The notes under the pieces are model-generated. The model saw only the letters and a program-made list of their open reading frames with translations, searched no databases and was not told the origin of the DNA. Positions 61,328 to 64,000 of a stretch of 64,000 bases of DNA are shown piece after piece (positions within the stretch are counted from its first letter, which is position 1; the number at the start of each line of letters is the position of its first letter). The translations under genes and the position numbers were made by a program. This DNA is from Dimorphilus gyrociliatus (Eukaryota > Animalia > Annelida): contig CAJFCJ010000006.1 in assembly GCA_904063045.1 (NCBI GenBank), positions 1,651,601-1,715,600 on the forward strand, in the 5' to 3' direction.

Positions 61328-64000
61328 TCAGCTATTCTTTTTGTTCGCAGAGTAGGTAATACTTTTCTTTCCTCTTGACCTATGAAGTGATCTTTTACCC
61401 TGGAAAAGATGGTAAAGAGATACAGAGCAATGTAATTGCAATCTTTACTTAAAGTAGAAACAAACCTGCTTGCCAACAGTTGGTGTGAAGTCTACGCTTT
61501 TATTTGGATTGAAATCATTCGACGTGGACTGGCTTTCAGGAGACTGCCTTAATTTTGCATTCCTAACATAATCAACAGGTGTCATATTAGCTTTCTCGAC
61601 ATCTGCGTATGTCAGCTTTTTCTTCTTAGAAATTTTCTTGTCTCCATCCGCATCTTTCTCCTCTTCCGTAGTCTCTTTGTCGGTTATTTTCTTCTTCCGT
61701 TTCTTTTTTAGCTATGTATTATAATCTGCTTGTAAAATAGTTTCAGGGACGATTAAACATTGTATTACCTGGTAGCTCAAGGGTATGACGTCAGTGGGTA
61801 AAACAGGATCCTTTATAGGTAGCTCTTGAGTTTTCGCGATCTCTTGATCATTTTCTGTTGGCTTCGTTGCCTCTTTCAACTTCCATACGATTGTATCTTT
61901 TGGCCGAACAACAGTAACAACAGGCTTAGGCAAAAACTGTTACCAAAAAAAAAACAATTTTTTGCGAAATTAAACATAAGTGAATCAATACGTTTCTTAT
62001 AATAATAAATTAGATAAATTAGTTCTTGAAAAAGTGAATCAATATTCCATAAAAGGGGCAAAAAGGGCTTTCTATCCAAATTTATAAAGGCAAATTAACA
62101 GAGTGACTATTGTTGCTTTGTAAAAAATTTTAAATAGAAATAAAGCTTACCATATAGAAAGGACTAACAAATGTTTCACGAATCTTTTTTATATCGGATG
62201 TTGGTGTCTGTGATGATAGAGATGACAAGCAACCAGATAGCTTGCGGACAGCATCTTCGACAGTAAAAGGAGTTTCCAAATCTTTTAGAGGCGTCTCTCT
62301 CTCATCACTCAAATCATGCGGACAACAAGTCGCATTATCGTATTCCTGGTATTTTGGTTGATCGCTAATAACGGGGGCATTTGTCTCTGGCCTATCGACT
62401 TTCTCCAATTTTCTCGCATCTGATACAATCTTGTAAAGATCCATCAAATTTTGCCTGACCAGAGGCGGCATGGGGTTACAACAAGCTAAAATGCCTTGCG
62501 CCTCCTTTGGTAAATATTCGGCTATTTGTAGTAGCATGTGATTTGGTAAAACATAACCAACAGATTCATCTTCTATCCTTGCTATGCCATCTCTCCATCC
62601 ATACAAGCCTTTTAGAGCCGCTAATTGTCTGTTGTTAAAGGTTTTCGTGCTTTTTGTGTAAAGCGTTTTGTAGCTATTCTCATCGAAAAGAGGCTTTTCG
62701 TAGGTTTTACCGCAAACGTTACGACTTTTGTCTAAGACGGACAACAGTAAATTTTTGTTTTCGTTTCCTCTGCTCAAAAGCTCATTTCTCATAATATCAT
62801 AGATATATAACAAATAGTGCGAATCTTCTCTTGCATACTTGATCAATCCACTAGGTAAAGGTCGAATACGCCAATCAGCCAATTGGTACTGTTTGTTTGC
62901 CTCTACTTGACAATAATGCTTTAGAAGAAATGCCAAACTATAGCGGGCTAGTCCTAACTGCTTAGACGCTGGGAAGGTATCGAACATATTTACGACATAC
63001 AATCCTAAATCTCTCTGCAGCCATTCAATATCATAATCTGCCCCGTGAAAAACTTTCACAATATTCGGATCGCTTAATACAATATTCAGATCCTGGAGAT
63101 CGCAACGCAACTTTAGAGTGTCAACAATATAATCATGGGAACGAGTAGAGATTTGTACTAGGCAAGTCAACCCTAAAAATGTTCTAAATGAATGTGCTTC
63201 TACATCCAGTGCAATCTCTTTCTCCCTTCTCAAAGCGGAAATCATTTCAACTACTTGTTCTTCAGTCTCGACGAACGTATAAGGCGTCTCGCTTAAGATT
63301 AATGGTTTCTGAGGCTCCCGGAACTCTAATTGATAATCCGTGTATTCTAAGTGGTCTAATTCGTATTTGTACGGATGTGGTGTCCTATAACTGCACATGA
63401 AATTTCAATGTTTAAAGAGACTGCTTGTTAGTCTTGTATAAAAAAAAAGAAACAAATGGGAAAGTTCTTTTCCTCCCACTATTAAATACTCAAGTGTAAA
63501 GCATAAAATTAATTAATAATTAAAAAAAAACCAACCGTTGATTCTCACAGTCATCATTTGGTAATCTTAAACTATCTGTTAACATGACATACTTTAGTAC
63601 AATATATATAAATATAGATATATTAATATAAGCTTATGTTATATAAGTTGAACATATGTACGTCTTGTAAATACCTTCTAAAGAAATTTTTGCATTCGGT
63701 TTAAATTTAATTAATGGAACAAAAGGTCTATTTCCATTGTCGACCTTTTCCCGGAATTGAAGTTGCGGCCTTGTTATATTTCTAGCTGTTAGCAATTTTG
63801 CAGTCGTTGGGGAAGAATTATCCGTCTAAAAAATATCATTTATTTAATTATGATAAGTATTTTGTATTTGACTAATCAGCTAGTCAATATAACAGAATAA
63901 TTACAATCTTATTCCAACTTCCAGAAATATGATGGCGTGGTGAAGATGTTACTGATACTACAACTGTACTTTTATCATTCTTAAGGCCAGCAGCTTCATC
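61328..64000 (-). CDS. EXOSC10: Exosome component 10 (RRP6), DEDD exonuclease plus HRDC; 5' end lies beyond the window
   Basis: TPHPYKYEL, IALDVEAHSFRTFLGLTCLVQIST, KVFHGADYDIEWLQRD, YQLADWRIRPL, YAREDSHYLL, WRDGIARIEDES and a basic C-terminal tail. Confidence 0.96.

Overview
AT-rich, very gene-dense animal genomic DNA with mostly 45-70 nt GT-AG introns. The compaction resembles a miniature lophotrochozoan such as the annelid Dimorphilus, but the species is inferred, not established. There are no prokaryotic features, CRISPR arrays, rRNA or tRNA. About 17 protein-coding genes were reconstructed by hand: ELK (3' end), SLC25A33/36, SAP18, PXYLP1, LRRC23, WDR82, MRPL58/ICT1, PCNA, an NRF-6/OACYL acyltransferase, an M13 neprilysin/ECE-like peptidase, LHFPL/TMHS, an orphan ORF, SMAD1/5, a ~3,580-aa F-lectin-like/PAN/EGF/Ig membrane protein, FoxP, SAMTOR, a GT7 glycosyltransferase and EXOSC10 (5' truncated). 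The main discovery, invisible in the ORF track, is that the neprilysin gene looks like a combinatorial isoform generator. It has three alternative first exons, a mutually exclusive exon pair in the helical domain, and a mutually exclusive pair of 68-nt exons that each carry a complete HExxH zinc site with different S1' residues. Competing hairpins lie between the HExxH exons, and a shared 18-mer sits next to both exon pairs. Other highlights are an ICT1 whose catalytic GGQ is GKQ, an intronless SMAD1/5 lacking the PPxY degron and ending SSMT, the giant receptor-like protein, and recurrent CTCF-like and TAGGCCTA motifs.
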